NCBI GenBank assembly: GCA_964016885.1
Contig: OZ024740.1
Span: 397,296,001 to 397,360,000, forward strand
Length of the DNA: 64,000 nucleotides
Source of the DNA: Eledone cirrhosa
Taxonomy: Eukaryota
Reading direction: 5' to 3'
The notes beneath the pieces are model-generated. The model was not told the origin of the DNA. It made no database searches and saw only the letters and a program-made list of their open reading frames with translations. The position numbers and the translations under genes are program-made. This document shows positions 1-12,834 of this stretch, piece after piece. How positions within the stretch are numbered: position 1 is the stretch's first letter; each line of letters opens with the position of its first letter.

Positions 1-1397
1 CAGTTAGAAAGTATTAAAGAAGTATATAGGTATATGTTTCTCAATAGAAAAGACATTCATTTGATCTCATACCTCTGTTGACTGAGCCATTAGGTTGCTA
101 GCTTATGTACCAAAAGATTTATATTTCATACCTAACCAGCACTACATCATATCCAAGGTGAAAATATTTTATTATTGTTGGTCACATAGTATATAACTGT
201 CAATTGTTTCCTTAGCTTGCAATCCTGATAATGGATAACATCTAGGATTCTTTATAGGAATATTAAATTGATGTCAATAGTTGATTGATATTTTAATTTA
301 TTGACCCCAGATAGAGAAAAAGCAATGTTAACTGCCATGGTATTTGAACTCAGAAATAGAGGGCCATAACAAAATACTGCAATCATTCTGCCCAATGCTC
401 AAATGATTCTGTCAATGCCTTGTTCGTATGTTCCATATTTTGGCATATTTTTTTAATGGCTTGATGCCCTTCCTAACACCAACCACTTTATATAGTGTAC
501 TGGGTGCATTTTATCATGGTGCCTGTATTAGAGAAGTTGTCATTCATTTGGAAAGACTGAAAAGTCCTTTCTATTCTGTTTTCATGCAATTGATGACAAT
601 TTTACAGAGTGCACTGGTTGCATTTTATCATGGTATCAACATTAGGGCATCTGCCAGCTCGTCAACGATACCAATGGGTCTTTGCTATCCTTTGTTCTTT
701 CACTTCATTTGTCACTGACATAATTTCATTATGTGAGTCTTCACTTTCTTCAGTAATTTCCATAGAAATTTAACATGCAAATATCTAAAGAGAGGCACGT
801 GCTGGATGGGATAGTATAAGGAAATATGGATAATAAACAAGATTAAAATAGCATATTGTTTTATTTTCTCCTTTACAAAACATAGGTGGTTGTTATGGTG
901 GAGTAGGGGTGTTGGCAATGGTAATGGGGTAGGGGTAGTGGTGGAGTAGGGGTGTTGGTAGTTGGCGATGGTGGTATAAAAATGGATAGGGTAATCAGTG
1001 AAATGGTATGCTGTGCTGTAAATTATATTAATACTATCTGCTTTCACTTTGTGACAAATTGTTTTGTCTTTCCTTCAGCATGCATTGTCATCCTCATGGT
1101 CACCATCATAGATCTGCATTGCATGTTGATAATAGCAGTGTTCTCTCTTTCACAATGCTCTTGTTAGCCCGAGTCACTTTCATGGTGATTGATGTCCCGA
1201 GGGTTTGTATTACATATTTAAGTAAGATAAATGGCAGATAGGCAGAAATGTTTACTAAGAAAGATTAACTGGTCTGATTGGTTTTGTTTTACTTTCCACA
1301 CAAGCATATACACATAAACACTCACACACAGATACACACACACAGATACAGACAGACAGACACACACACACACACACAGATACAGACAGACAGACAG

Positions 1398-1430
<33 letters not shown>

Positions 1431-1514
1431 CGTCATATGAACTTTTAACTGATTACTGACACTTAGAAATATAATATGAATGCATGTAATCTTCTAGCAG
1501 GTGGGGATGTTAGT

Positions 1515-2335
1515 CATCATCATCATCATCATTTTCGTTTAACGTCCACTTTCCACGCTAGCATGGGTTAGACAGGAGTTGTCCCACTTGGGGCAAGGTT
1601 TGGTCGGGTGACTGTGTGTCACTCATATAGGACACTCTGGCAGGTTTTCTACGGCTAGATGCCCTTCCTAACACCAACCACATTTACAGTGTGGAACTGG
1701 GAACTTTTTACCGTGTTAACTACACGGCCACATTACAGTGTGGAGTGTGTGTGTTTTTGTCGTGACACCTACACGATCTCGATCTCATTTATCTCATTTA
1801 TCTGGACTGGATGTTGTGGTACCAACTTTATAGAGAGGGGGTGGTGTTGGTGGGAGTAGGAGGATAGGGTGGGGGTAGTGGATTGGGGTGTATATTTGGT
1901 TAAGAGGTGCCTACTAACTGTAGGTTTCGCTTTGTACATAGGTAAGGCGGGTCTTCTGTATTACTGCGTAGCGCCAAAGATCTCGGTTCAAAGACATTGT
2001 CTTAGAGAGATGTGCAAGTGTGTGAGGTCGGAATTTATCAGATCATCCCAGATTTTTCTGGGTCTACCTACTCCGTAACTACCATCAATTTTGATCGCCC
2101 TGTAGTTTTTTATACAGCTGTCGTCTTTCGTGGGCATCATGTGGCCATACCAACGTAGTCTTCTCTCGAGTAAACAGCATCTGATCCCTCTTATTCCTAA
2201 TTTCTCACTTAGTTCACTTATGCTTTGCCGTTCACGTATATTACTATTACACATCCAATGGGGCATGCATGCTTCGTTCCTTTCCAGTCCAAGCAGGTCC
2301 TCTGCACGTAATGCCTTTGTCTCACTGCCATGTGG
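1515..2335 (-). mobile_element. RTE-clade LINE, 5'-truncated 3' fragment (RT C-terminal region, 3'UTR, (ATG)n tail)
   Basis: ORF 1988..2461(-) contains HGSET...LERNEACM..WMCN...RRLRWYGH...GRPRKIW, typical of the RTE ORF2 C-terminus; CAT repeats on + at 1515 mark the tail; homologous to the copies at 6.7-8.6, 40.2-41.7 and 43.8-45.3 kb. Confidence 0.9.
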
Positions 2336-2893
2336 TTGAGCTGGTGGTGATGGCAGTGATGGATGGGGGGGGGGGGGGGGGGGGGTAAGTGATGATGCTG
2401 TCGCATTTGATAGCATTGATAACTGTGGTAGTGTTCTTGTTGCTGTGCTGTGAGGTAGCATTGTTGCTTGTCATTTGGCTCCAGCTCAGGCTTGATTAAA
2501 CAGATCCCTTTAACCATATCTTTTTCCTTTGTTTAAAGAACCGAAAAACTCATTATAGAATGTGTCCTTTTCTGTGACAGTGGAATTGTGATTTGAAGGA
2601 GATTTGGTTTCTATTTCTGACAGGTTATACGACCATGCAGACTGTATAATTGGCTCATTCTGTTGTTGGAAATGGGAGCGATAATATTGTTTATATGTGT
2701 CAACTTTGATTGAATAAATCTATGGTACATAGATAGCTAGTTGGTCAAATGATTAAGTGTGATCAACAAATATCCATTGTTCCTAATATAACTTATCTCC
2801 ACCATACTGTACACTTCAAAATGGGGTGCTATCATATATGGTGCTGCACAACTGGCTTACCACTGACTATTTTTTATGCCTGATGTTATTTAA

Positions 2894-3448
2894 CTCTTAA
2901 CATCCTGTAATGATTTATCAGAAAATGTTTTAAAATCTTTGCTAATTCAAATGTTTATAGTATCTTTACTAGTAGACAAATTCCTGTGAAAATTCTCAAT
3001 AAACTAAATAAAAGACTTTAAAATGTCTTATGTGATGTAGTCATATTGATGTTTTGTACATTTCAAGTATGAGGTGAATAACCCAGGCTTCACTGCTTTG
3101 TCAGACCAAAGAGGGCAAACTATTGAAATATTGGTCACTCTCCAGTGGGTTTGTGATAAAACCTGTTGCAGTAGAGACTTTTAGCACTCTTGGCCCCCCC
3201 GGACCACATCCCTATTCAATAAAATCAAGATGGAGGTGGTTACCACTTTCCCACTCTATCTGGGCCTGCATCACTGCGGTAGCGATGCTAAGTTGTACCG
3301 TCACCTAATAAGTTTCTCTTTTTCTTATTGCTTTTTTTTATTATCTCATGGTGTAGTTCTTGAATTGTATACTCCTTACCAGTCCAAAACATGAAATTAA
3401 ACATGTTACTGACCACACCCACATATAAAGCTTCCAGGATATTAAGAG
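2894..3448. mobile_element. piggyBac-type non-autonomous element (MITE)
   Basis: TTAA on both flanks (2890-2893, 3449-3452); TIRs CTCTTAACATCCTG / CAGGATATTAAGAG. Confidence 0.65.
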
Positions 3449-3889
3449 TTAAATATTTAAACAATGAAAATTACAATATACACAAGGTTATAGTAATGTC
3501 ATATCCAGAAATGAGATTAAAAAAAAGGATAGTTTTGTATTTGTCATGAAAGAAACTCTTGCTGATGTGTAGCAAACAAATCATCAGTAGTTCCTCAAAT
3601 TGCTGTGTTTTGATTTGGCAATCAAACATATCTCCTCAATTTTTTATAAAACATCTCAAACTAGAAAATTGTTCCTATTATTTATTTAAGGTGATTTATG
3701 AGCTGACATGATAATTGGTAGATGTTTGTAGATATTGCTGCCCCATCTTGGTGATATAGATGTAGGGAGGCTGCAAGATGTTTATAAAAGATTATGGTTC
3801 TGAGGTGGGCTGTGTGAGAATGCAGATTTCATACGTTAAATTCTAAGTGATTTTCCATTAAGTTCGGAGATGCTGGTTCAAATCACGGT

Positions 3890-5157
3890 GGTTTAAATCT
3901 CGTAAATTTAGTAGCAATCCTATGTCTGCAGAAAATTGACTTTTCTATTTTGCTGTTAAGCAGCATTTTATCGTACCTTAAGATATGTAGCAATTCAAGG
4001 TTGTAGAGCCCGCAATGGGACATGCTGCTGCTATAGGCCTTTGCGGCCGCTAATTTCGACCAGCTAATATTGTAATCAAGGTTTTTGTCCTTAAGTTGTC
4101 AGATTTTATTAGCGAGGGTTGTGGAATTCACCAGTGCACAGTTCTTCATTGAATGTCTGTGTACATACCATCTTTTTTTAAAAACACCCGCGGTGGATCC
4201 AATGTAGTGCCAGGTGGAGTTGCTCGAGTTTACAGTACACATGTACACTAAGCTGGAATCCAGGCATCTATTCGCTAATGGGCACTTATCTGGTAGGTGG
4301 CAATTGCAGTTTGAAGTATTATTCTGTGCAGCTTTCGCATTGTGGTTCTGCAAATTGTTATGTGTGGGTTGCGATTCATGCCTATTGAAGTTTTGTTTTG
4401 GTGTGTTCGAATGCGTTTGTGGTTGTGATACTGTTATGTGTTTGTGTTTAGTGTTTGGTGCTATGTTGTGTATAGGTGGGGTAGTTTCCTTAGAGATATT
4501 CTTGTGGTTGATCTTACGTATGTGCGATTCTATGTTGGCTGCAGTTGAGTATGAAAGTTTTATAGTTTTTCTATTGACGATTTTATGGTATCTATGCGAT
4601 GTAGGGAAGTGTTTATCTATTAGTTTAAAAAGCGTAGAAGGCAGTTTAGTTCTTATAGAGGAGTTGAAGATCGGATTAAACCATAGGTATTTTCTTTCTC
4701 TAGTTCTTCTATAGTTTTGGAGGTTTTTATTATTAGTGTTCAGTCTCCCTACTCTTGGTGCTAATTGTTTAGTTCTATGCCTAGTCCTGTATCTTTTATT
4801 TTAGTATGGGCGGTTGGTGTTGATGTTATCTGGAGTGTTTGTGTCGTCCTTATCAGTTATAAACTGCAGCTTATCCTTGTGTCCAGCCCTATGTAATGCT
4901 ATGTTATAATAATTAGCATGTTCATTAAAAATTTCTAGCTTTGAGGATAGGCGGGATATTCTAAGGGATATACTACGTGCTATGGATTTAATTATGGATC
5001 GGGGGTGGTTCGAGTTGTAACTAATATAGGCTAGAATTTCATTATTTTTGTGGAAGAGTTCTATCAATCCTGTGTTTAGGTTTAGAGTTACATCTAAAAT
5101 ATTGGCTTTTTTAGAATTTAGTTCAAAAGTAATATCTAGGCCTAGTTTTTGGCCCAT
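3890..5157 (-). mobile_element. Penelope-like retroelement, decayed ORF (RT C-terminus/thumb, linker, GIY-YIG endonuclease)
   Basis: ILDVTLNLNTG...YISYNSNHPRSIIKSI...RISRLSS (4801-5157); LWFNPIFN...KHFP...NRKTIKLSYST (~4545-4700); CNC...CPLANRCLDSSLVY...YIGSTAGVFKKRWYVH and terminal LLNSKIEKSIFCRH (3890-4353). Confidence 0.9.
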
Positions 5158-5966
5158 AAATCAATCTAGCATTTGCTGTTGTTTATTCTTTCAGACCAAA
5201 CAATTATATCTATATATCTCACATTAGCACCCATGATCTCTAACAGATGAACTTAATTCTAAGTACATTATCTTATTACGCTTACACTCCTTGAAACTCT
5301 TACTTTCTTCTAATTACTATTATGATCATCTCAATGTACCCTATCCCTAATTTTATTCATCATGTTCTCTATCTATTTACTATGCATATTTTATTGTTGG
5401 TTTATTGTCTTAATTATACGCTATTTGTCATCGAAGTTGTGAAAACTAAACCTCCATGATTCAAACTAACAATCCCAACGTTTAAAATAAGCCACCTAAA
5501 CCTTAAAATACTGAATCTACAATTTCACTTAATACTACCTAAGAACCATATATCTTTATACACTCACTCTATCAATATAACTAAGTTAATACAACGAACA
5601 TACTTATCTGTCAGACCATAAATCAATCTCTGGTTTATTGCTAGCGTGCCTTTAGACCCACAGCACACTTGTATCTAGATCACTCATAATTGCACTTAAA
5701 GAGGCAGATTCCAAAAATCTGACTCTGGGTACATTTTATTAGTTATCTCTTCCTCCCTCAAAAACTACGTGTAAAGTAACCTATCATATCACTTCGGTTA
5801 CCATGCTAGTTTTATCATTTTATCATTATATTCTATTTCTCACTTATATTGATGTTATTAATTTAACTATTCAGTATCTAGTTATTTTGTTATTGATATT
5901 ATTGTTCTGGTCTAATACCATTCCTCTATAAAAATCATGCCTTGTATATTATCCTCACATTCGCTC

Positions 5967-6064
5967 GCTCTGGTGAATTAACTGGTTATAAACAAAGTAT
6001 TGGAGTTCGATCGACGCAACATCTAGCGATTAGCGAACTCTAGATCAAAGAAACAATTGTCAGC
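5967..6064 (+). ncRNA. Degenerate minimal type I hammerhead ribozyme in a probable Penelope pLTR (~5160-6320)
   Basis: gct-CTGGTGA-(long stem II including GAGTTCG/CGAACTC)-GAAA-caattg-TC-agc; core has one mismatch to CUGANGA. Confidence 0.5.
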
Positions 6065-6317
6065 ACTGTGAATAAAGCCCTTATTGTACAGCCAACCATG
6101 TTACTCTTATCTCTTGAATTATTATTACTCCAAGTATAACCTACATAGAAATCACCGCGAACTCGCTGCATCACTATGGAAGCATCTTGTTGAGTCAAAC
6201 TACATACGTTAATACCATCCACAACATGCAGTACTCTAACTGGACTACCTCTAAGTGGATTGCCTATAACGATAACTTGTTATCCCGTATATATATGTTG
6301 CAAAAATTTAAGATAGT

Positions 6318-6348
<31 letters not shown>

Positions 6349-6351
6349 CTC

Positions 6352-6691
6352 ATCATCATCATCATCATCATCATCATTTCAATTTACGTCCGCTTTTTCC
6401 CTGCTTGCAAGGGTGGGACGGGAACTGATTCTGGCTTGATTTCTACAGCTGGATGCCATTCCTAACAACAACCTCATTTACAGTGAGTGCTGGGTGCTTT
6501 TTTGCCGTGGCACCTCCACGACCACTTTGCAGTGGAATGATAGGGACCCCAGTCCCTATCATCTCATTTCTACAGCTGAGTAAACTGGAGCAATGTGAAA
6601 TAAAGCGTCTTGCTCAAGGAAACAACATATCACCCGGTCTGAGAATTGAACTCACAACCTTTCGACTGCAAGGCCAATGCTCTAACCACTA
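6352..6691 (-). mobile_element. tRNA-derived SINE with CORE-like middle and RTE-derived 3' tail (family 1)
   Basis: Minus strand reads TAGTGGTTAGAGC (A box), GAGTTCAATTC (B box), CCTTGAGCAAGACGCTTTATTTC...CAGCTGTAGAAATGAG, then sequence shared with the RTE 3'UTR and an (ATG)n tail; other copies at 10882 and 58620. Confidence 0.8.
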
Positions 6692-6704
6692 AGCCATTTA
6701 TATC

Positions 6705-8620
6705 ATCCTCATCATCATCGTTTAACGTCCATCTTCCACGCTTGCATGGGTTTGGACGGGAATTTTCCCACTTGAGGCATGATTGGTTGTCTTGCTCGTA
6801 TAGGACTGTCTGGCGGGTTTTCTACGGCTGGATGCCCTTCCTAACACCAACCACATTTACAGTGTGGACTGGGAGGTTTTTACTGTGTTACCTACACGGC
6901 CACATTACAGCGTGGGCGGTGTGTTTTTTTGTCGTGACACCTACACGACCTCATTTATTTCGGACTGGATGTTGTGGTACCAACATAACTTTACATCGAA
7001 AGGGGTGGTGTGGATGGGGTGGGGGTAGTGGGACGGGGTGTATTTTTGTTAGAGGTGCCTACTGACTGTAGGTTTCGCTTTGTACTTAGGCAAGGCGGGT
7101 CTTCTGTATTACTATGTAGCGCCAAAGATCTCAGTCCAGTGACATTGTCTTGGAGAGGTGTAAGTGTGTGAGGTCGGAATTTATCAAGTCGTCCCAGGTT
7201 TTTCTGGGTCTGCCTACTCCGTGGCTACCGTCTATTTTTATCACCCTGCACATTTTTATACAGCTGTCGTCTTTCATGCGCATCACGTGACCGTACCAAC
7301 GTAGTCTTCTCTCGAGTAAACAACATCTGATCCCTCTTATTCCTAATTTCTCACTTAGTACGTTTATGCTTTGCCGTTCACGTATATTACTATTACACAT
7401 CCAGCGGAGCATGCAAGCTTCGTTCCTCTCCAGTCTGCATATATCCTCTGCACACAATGCCCAAATCTCACTGCCATGTAACACTGCTGTTCGTATGCAG
7501 GTATCATACAGCCTTCCTTTCATTTTTAGAGAGAACCCTTTAGCGGCCAATAGTGGTATAAGCTCTCTGAACTTTTTCCATCCCGTTCTGACTCTAGCTA
7601 CTGTACTTTCAGAGCACCCTCCCCCACTGCTGATTTTGTCACCCAGGTAACCGAAAGGTGTCCACTATTTCTATAGAACCATCTGTGCAATGGAATGAGC
7701 TAGTATTCTGTGGGCACTTGCTGCTACTTATTGAACCTGAGCACCGGCCACATATAAAATCTATATTCTTAGTTAGCTTACCTATGATCCCACTACATCT
7801 TTTATGCACCCATACTCTGCATTTGGTACATAAAATGGAGTTTCTGCCTACTCCTTTCCTACACACTGAGCATGGCCATTTCCCAGATGGAACCGGTGCC
7901 CTATTTTCCTTCCTACAAACTAGAACTTTAGTCTTAGACAGGTTAATTTTAAGGCCTTTTGATTCTAGGCCATGTTTGGAATTTCTTCTCTAGTTCAGCC
8001 ATTGATTGAGCTATGAGCGTTAGATCATCTGCGTATAGGAATCCCCATGGGCAGCCGGTCTTGAACTCCTCTGTTATAGCCTGAAGGGCAATAATAAATA
8101 GTAGGGGGCTAAGAACGGAGCACTGATGAACACCAACTTTTACGCTAAACTCTTCACTATATTCGTTGTTAATTCTAACCTTGCTGACTGTTTCTTTATA
8201 CATGGCTTGTATAGCTCTCACAAGCCATTCATCAACACCTAGTTTTCTATGAGCCAACCAGATAATGGAGCGGGGGACTCTGTCAAAGGCTTTCTCCAAG
8301 TCAACAAAAGCTAAGTATAGGGGTTTACTTTTAGCTAGGTACTTCTCCTGTAGTTGTCGTACATGAAAAGAGCGCCTGTGGTACTTTTACCTGACACAAA
8401 CCCGAACTGCATTTTATCTGGATCAATTCGCTCTCTGATTAGTTGCGCTATTACTTTTTCTGTGACCTTCATGACCTGGTCAACTAACTTAATGCCTCTA
8501 TAGTTACCCCTATCTAGGGCATCTCCTTTACCCTTGTAGCAGTTAATGATGATGCTGCTACGCCAGTCCTTCGGAACGACCCCATTCTGTATGACTTGGT
8601 TTACTATCCGGGTGACCAAG
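6705..8620 (-). mobile_element. RTE-clade LINE, 5'-truncated, frameshifted RT
   Basis: Split ORFs give RT motifs KGKGDALDRGNYRGIKL, QFGF, EKAFDRV, GVHQCSVLSPLLF, YADD, HGSE, RRLRWYGHV; 3'UTR and CAT tail at ~6705-7070. Confidence 0.95.
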
Positions 8621-8621
8621 C

Positions 8622-10760
8622 TTTATTAAGGCAGTTTGAGAATAATTCACTTTTTTTGTTAATTAAGTTTTCATAATTAGTAATTATTAATAGGGTCTCC
8701 TTAGTACAGAGGCTGCAGTTAGTTGATATAGACGAATTCGAGTAGATTCTACTATTACATAGTTTCGTCCAAAAATCGACATTTAAATCGAGATTTGCGA
8801 ATCACAAATGCTCTTTTTCGAATCCTAATAGGAAGTCTTCTTTATCACAACTTATATGGTCATTAAAAGTCAAAAATTTAAACTACTCGATTTTTTGGAC
8901 GAAACTATGTAATAGTAGAATCTACTCGAATTCGTCTATATCAACTAACTGCAACCTCTGTACTAAGGAGACGCTATTAATAATTACTAATTATGAAAAC
9001 TTAATTAACAAAGAAGTGAATTATTCTCAAATTGCCTTCATAAAGATTTGTCTACATTCCAAGCCTCGCAAAAGGTCAGGAAAAAACACTAAATAAACAG
9101 GTTTTAATTTTTGACGTCTCTTATCAACTGTTGTACCTAAAACGTTATAACAGTTTATAAAACTTTAATAATGCTTTATTTTCTAGTCATTTATGATAGA
9201 ATTAATGTTAGAATGAAGGGTCCTGTTTAGGTATATAAACATATTATTTGTTAACTTGTTCTCTTGATGAATATGCACACCTTTGGATTATTTTAGATAT
9301 ATATAATTTAGATTCTGATCTTTATATATTTGTCTTTGTTTTAAATATAATTTGGATATATAACTTGTAAGATTACCGGTTATAATTGAACCGTAAATCA
9401 TTCATGCATGTATATATTTTACTCATTTTGGGTATGTTTTGGGAATCAGAAAGTTAGATTTGTACATATATATTTTTTATATATATTTAGGTATAAATAT
9501 CACAAATCATACTAGTCGACAAATATTGGTCTTTCTTTCCACTGAACTGGAGGTAAAACTACAATTATAAAATTACTAATAATGATTGTAATTATTTATT
9601 TATTATATGTTTATCGTTTCACTAATACCTATAATACTCTCACTATATATTTGAACAAATCTGTTTATCTAGTATAATAACATGCTCCTAGTTACATTTA
9701 TAAGTAATTTGGATACTCAAATGACTCTCTATTGTTATAATTGTTAGATATTTCCTTAATGTTCTAAATTATATAACGATTATTACTTAATTTAATTTAA
9801 TTTATTTTAATTAAATTTAGGTTACCTTCGGGTCATTCAAATCCTTAGCTCCTCTTTCTATCATCTTCGTGGACATTTTAGAAGTGTCGTTTGTCTACTA
9901 TATAACATTAAAAAAAAAACCCTTGCATTTTAAACTATATTTTTTAATATTGGGCAATTTTATGTTCGCAAACAATTCATTATTTTTTTACTTTTTATTT
10001 TGTATCTAGTCCTTATCCTTAGGACTCATGAAGTTTTGACTTCATGAGTCCTAAATTTAGTAAAGTTTACCTTCGTGAGGTTGTAAAAACATTGTTTTCT
10101 TTCTCGTGTTTGTAAATCCTTTAAATTTGATTTTAGAAATTAAATATGATAGTATAATTTAATATTAATACAGATATTTATTAACTTTTATAACCTAAAA
10201 TATTATTCATTACTCTGAACTAACTTAAATTAAATGTTTTGAATGTTAACGGTCAACCAGATATGTTTAGATATATATTGTATATATGGATAATTGTCTA
10301 AAGACTTGAACATAAGTTATTCCTCTTTATCTCTCTCTCTGTAATCAACTCTCCTTTGTTTTCTAGGCTCCTACTAACTATATTATCCCCTCATCTGTTT
10401 CTTCCTCTATGCTTTTCTTTTCTTTCCTCTTTCTTCAGTAATTAAATTATTTAACAGTTATATTGCTGCCAAGTATTTTTTAAGCTTTCTCACACGCACC
10501 CTCTCTATTGTATGTATTATATGTTTTTCTCATGTTTTCAATATTAAGGTATATAAATATTGAGTTTTGTCATATCTTACTCACTACCATGACTGAATCT
10601 TAACCATCTACTATGTCAGGGTATGTCATGCATCATCTTATTTTATCTGATGAGGACGTACTGTTGCAGTTAACTCAGTACCTCTGAAATATGTATAATA
10701 AAATATACTTGATCACAAGAATATCTATTTTGTTAATATTTTGAATTAATATTAATTGTA
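8622..10760 (+). mobile_element. Penelope-like element 3' part: 5' inverted duplication, C-terminal half of GIY-YIG domain, long AT-rich 3'UTR ending in a hammerhead
   Basis: + frame from ~8782 reads FKSRFANHKCSF...SSLSQLIWSLK...CNLCTKETLLI...LINK(frameshift)RSELFSNCLHK; 8622-8779 is the reverse complement of 8887-9045. Confidence 0.8.
10639..10705 (+). ncRNA. Minimal type I hammerhead ribozyme
   Basis: tattttat-CTGATGA-stem II (gtactg/cagtac)-GAAA-tatgta-TA-ataaaata; perfect 8-bp stem I. Confidence 0.85.
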
Positions 10761-10881
10761 AATGAGGTTGGTGTTAGGAAGGGTAGAAATCAAGCCCAAA
10801 TCAGTTCCTGTATGAGCAAGGCATGGTCAGCCGACCAGACACTGCCCACAACAGGACAACCCTAAAGTAGAAACAGTTATA

Positions 10882-11207
10882 TAGTGGTTAGAGCATTGGC
10901 CTTGCAATCGAAAGGTTGTGAGTTCAATTCTCAGACCGGGTGATGTGTTGTTTCCTTGAGCAAGGCACTTTATTTCACATTGCTCCAGTTTACTCAGCTG
11001 TAGAAATGAGATGATAGGGACTGGGGTCCCTATCATTCCACTGCAAAGTGGTCGTGGAGGTGCCACGGCAAAAAAGCACCCAGCACTCACTGTAAATGAG
11101 GTTGGTGTTAGGAAGGGCATCCAGCTGTAGAAATCAAGCCAGAATCAGTTCCCGTCCCACCCTTGCAAGCATATAAACGTGGACGTAAAATAAAATGATG
11201 ATGATGA
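10882..11207 (+). mobile_element. SINE family 1 copy
   Basis: Near-identical to the reverse complement of 6352-6691; Pol III A/B boxes; ATG tail. Confidence 0.85.
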
Positions 11208-11222
11208 TATATATATATATAT

Positions 11223-11420
11223 ATAACTGTTTCTACTTTAGGCACAAGGCCAGCAATTACTCAGTGCATTACTGGTACTTTATTTTATCGACCCCGTAAG
11301 GATGAAAGGCAAAGTCAACCTCGGCGGGATTGACTTTGCCTTTCATCCTTACGGGGTCGATAAAATAAAGTACCACACTGGGTAATTGCTGGCCTTGTGC
11401 CTAAAGTAGAAACAGTTATA
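11223..11420. repeat. Fold-back (head-to-head) duplication of the SINE family 2 3' half
   Basis: 11223-11318 is the reverse complement of 11330-11420 apart from a small deletion; 11-nt loop. Confidence 0.85.
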
Positions 11421-11840
11421 TATATATAACGGCGATGAATTAGTTTTGCGAGGTTTTTATATGAAATCGTGTGTCGAAACAAATATTGTTATACTTGGGG
11501 AGAGTCATACAACAGGAGGAAACATAATAGCACCACTGACGATGTTGCAGAGGTGCAACGAAAGAACTTTGTTAGACTATATATATATGTGTTTGTGTCT
11601 ATATTATTTCTGTATTTTTGACCGTTGGTCAGTCAATGGTAACATTGAGGACCGAATAAATTAAATTAACCGATATAAAAGACACAGAAGCGAAAACCAA
11701 CCAAACAGTGAGTGTGTTCTGTTATTAATTCTGGCAATATTATTACACAAATATGACCCTCCCCAAGTATAACAACATAATTATATATATAATGAGAAAA
11801 TACGAAGTAGTTTCAGATGTTGAAGTCCTTTAATGGTAAT

Positions 11841-11915
11841 GCTGTGATGCATATTTCAATGATGACAGTGGCCACACAATTCCGTGTACCCAGTGCCGTG
11901 ACATCATCAGACAGC
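11841..11915 (-). ncRNA. Minimal type I hammerhead ribozyme
   Basis: Minus strand: gctgt-CTGATGA-stem II-GAAA-tatgca-TC-acagc. Confidence 0.8.
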
Positions 11916-12759
11916 TTCTTATATAATAAGGATACGTTCCCAAAGCAAACTAAACAAAAACTGTGGTCAACAATTCACCTCCACAGTTCTGCGCAGGCAC
12001 AAATGAAAGCTGACTATCCACTACACCAAACTCACCAAAAACTAGCCTAGGCATGCCCCCCCCCCCCCCCCCCTCCTCCAACCAAGCAACCACCCTGTCC
12101 AAGTTTGTAATATCTGCAAGTAACAGCTAGCCGAAATCTAGTGGTGGTGGCAGAGTATGAGTTTCAGTAGGCTTTAATACGACCCCTAATCTATGCCTGG
12201 ACATTGGCTTTGACCATCCCCGCTATGAGAATATAAACTTATTTCTAGATGTTATGGTTTCACAGTGGAAATTAAAATTTAAACGTTAAAACCTTGATTC
12301 AAATGAATAAAAAAAATTTTTTTAAATATTTATAAAGAGTAAATAGGGAGATGTTTAAATTAAAGTAAGAAGTTTAGAAAAGGGGGTCAATATTGGACAC
12401 TTCAGATATATTATTGAATGATAGTACCGTATAGTAGAATAGAAGATAAATTAAGGTATAAAACGTAGTAATTAGGTAAACAAATAGTTAATATCTTCTT
12501 CTACCACATGAATTCAAAACAAAACCAAAGGAAAAGTACATAGATGCAAAATGAGACAGGGAACATGTATGAGAAAAAATATATATGAGAAAGACAAACA
12601 TGTGTATCGGTATGGAGATGAAGGTGGAAGTGGTGGAAATGTTTGTCAATTTGACCAAGAAAAGTATATATAAAAATTTGTTGTCGGATGGAATGAGGGG
12701 CCCCAGTATAAACTGCAAATTGCTGCAGGAAAATAAGGGGTTTTATTATTATATAAGAA

Positions 12760-12834
12760 GCTGTCTGATGATGTCACGGCACTGGGTACACGGAATCGTG
12801 TGGCCACAGTCGTCATTGAAATATGTATCACAGC
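12760..12834 (+). ncRNA. Minimal type I hammerhead ribozyme
   Basis: gctgt-CTGATGA-tgtcacggc...gtcgtcatt-GAAA-tatgta-TC-acagc. Confidence 0.85.

Noticed and set aside
10882-10945. tRNA gene
   Set aside because: A and B boxes are present but there is no complete cloverleaf; it continues into a SINE body and is repeated.
11536-11563. Hammerhead core CTGACGA-tgttgca gagg tgcaac-GAAA
   Set aside because: Helix III and the stem I partner are missing; at most a truncated remnant.
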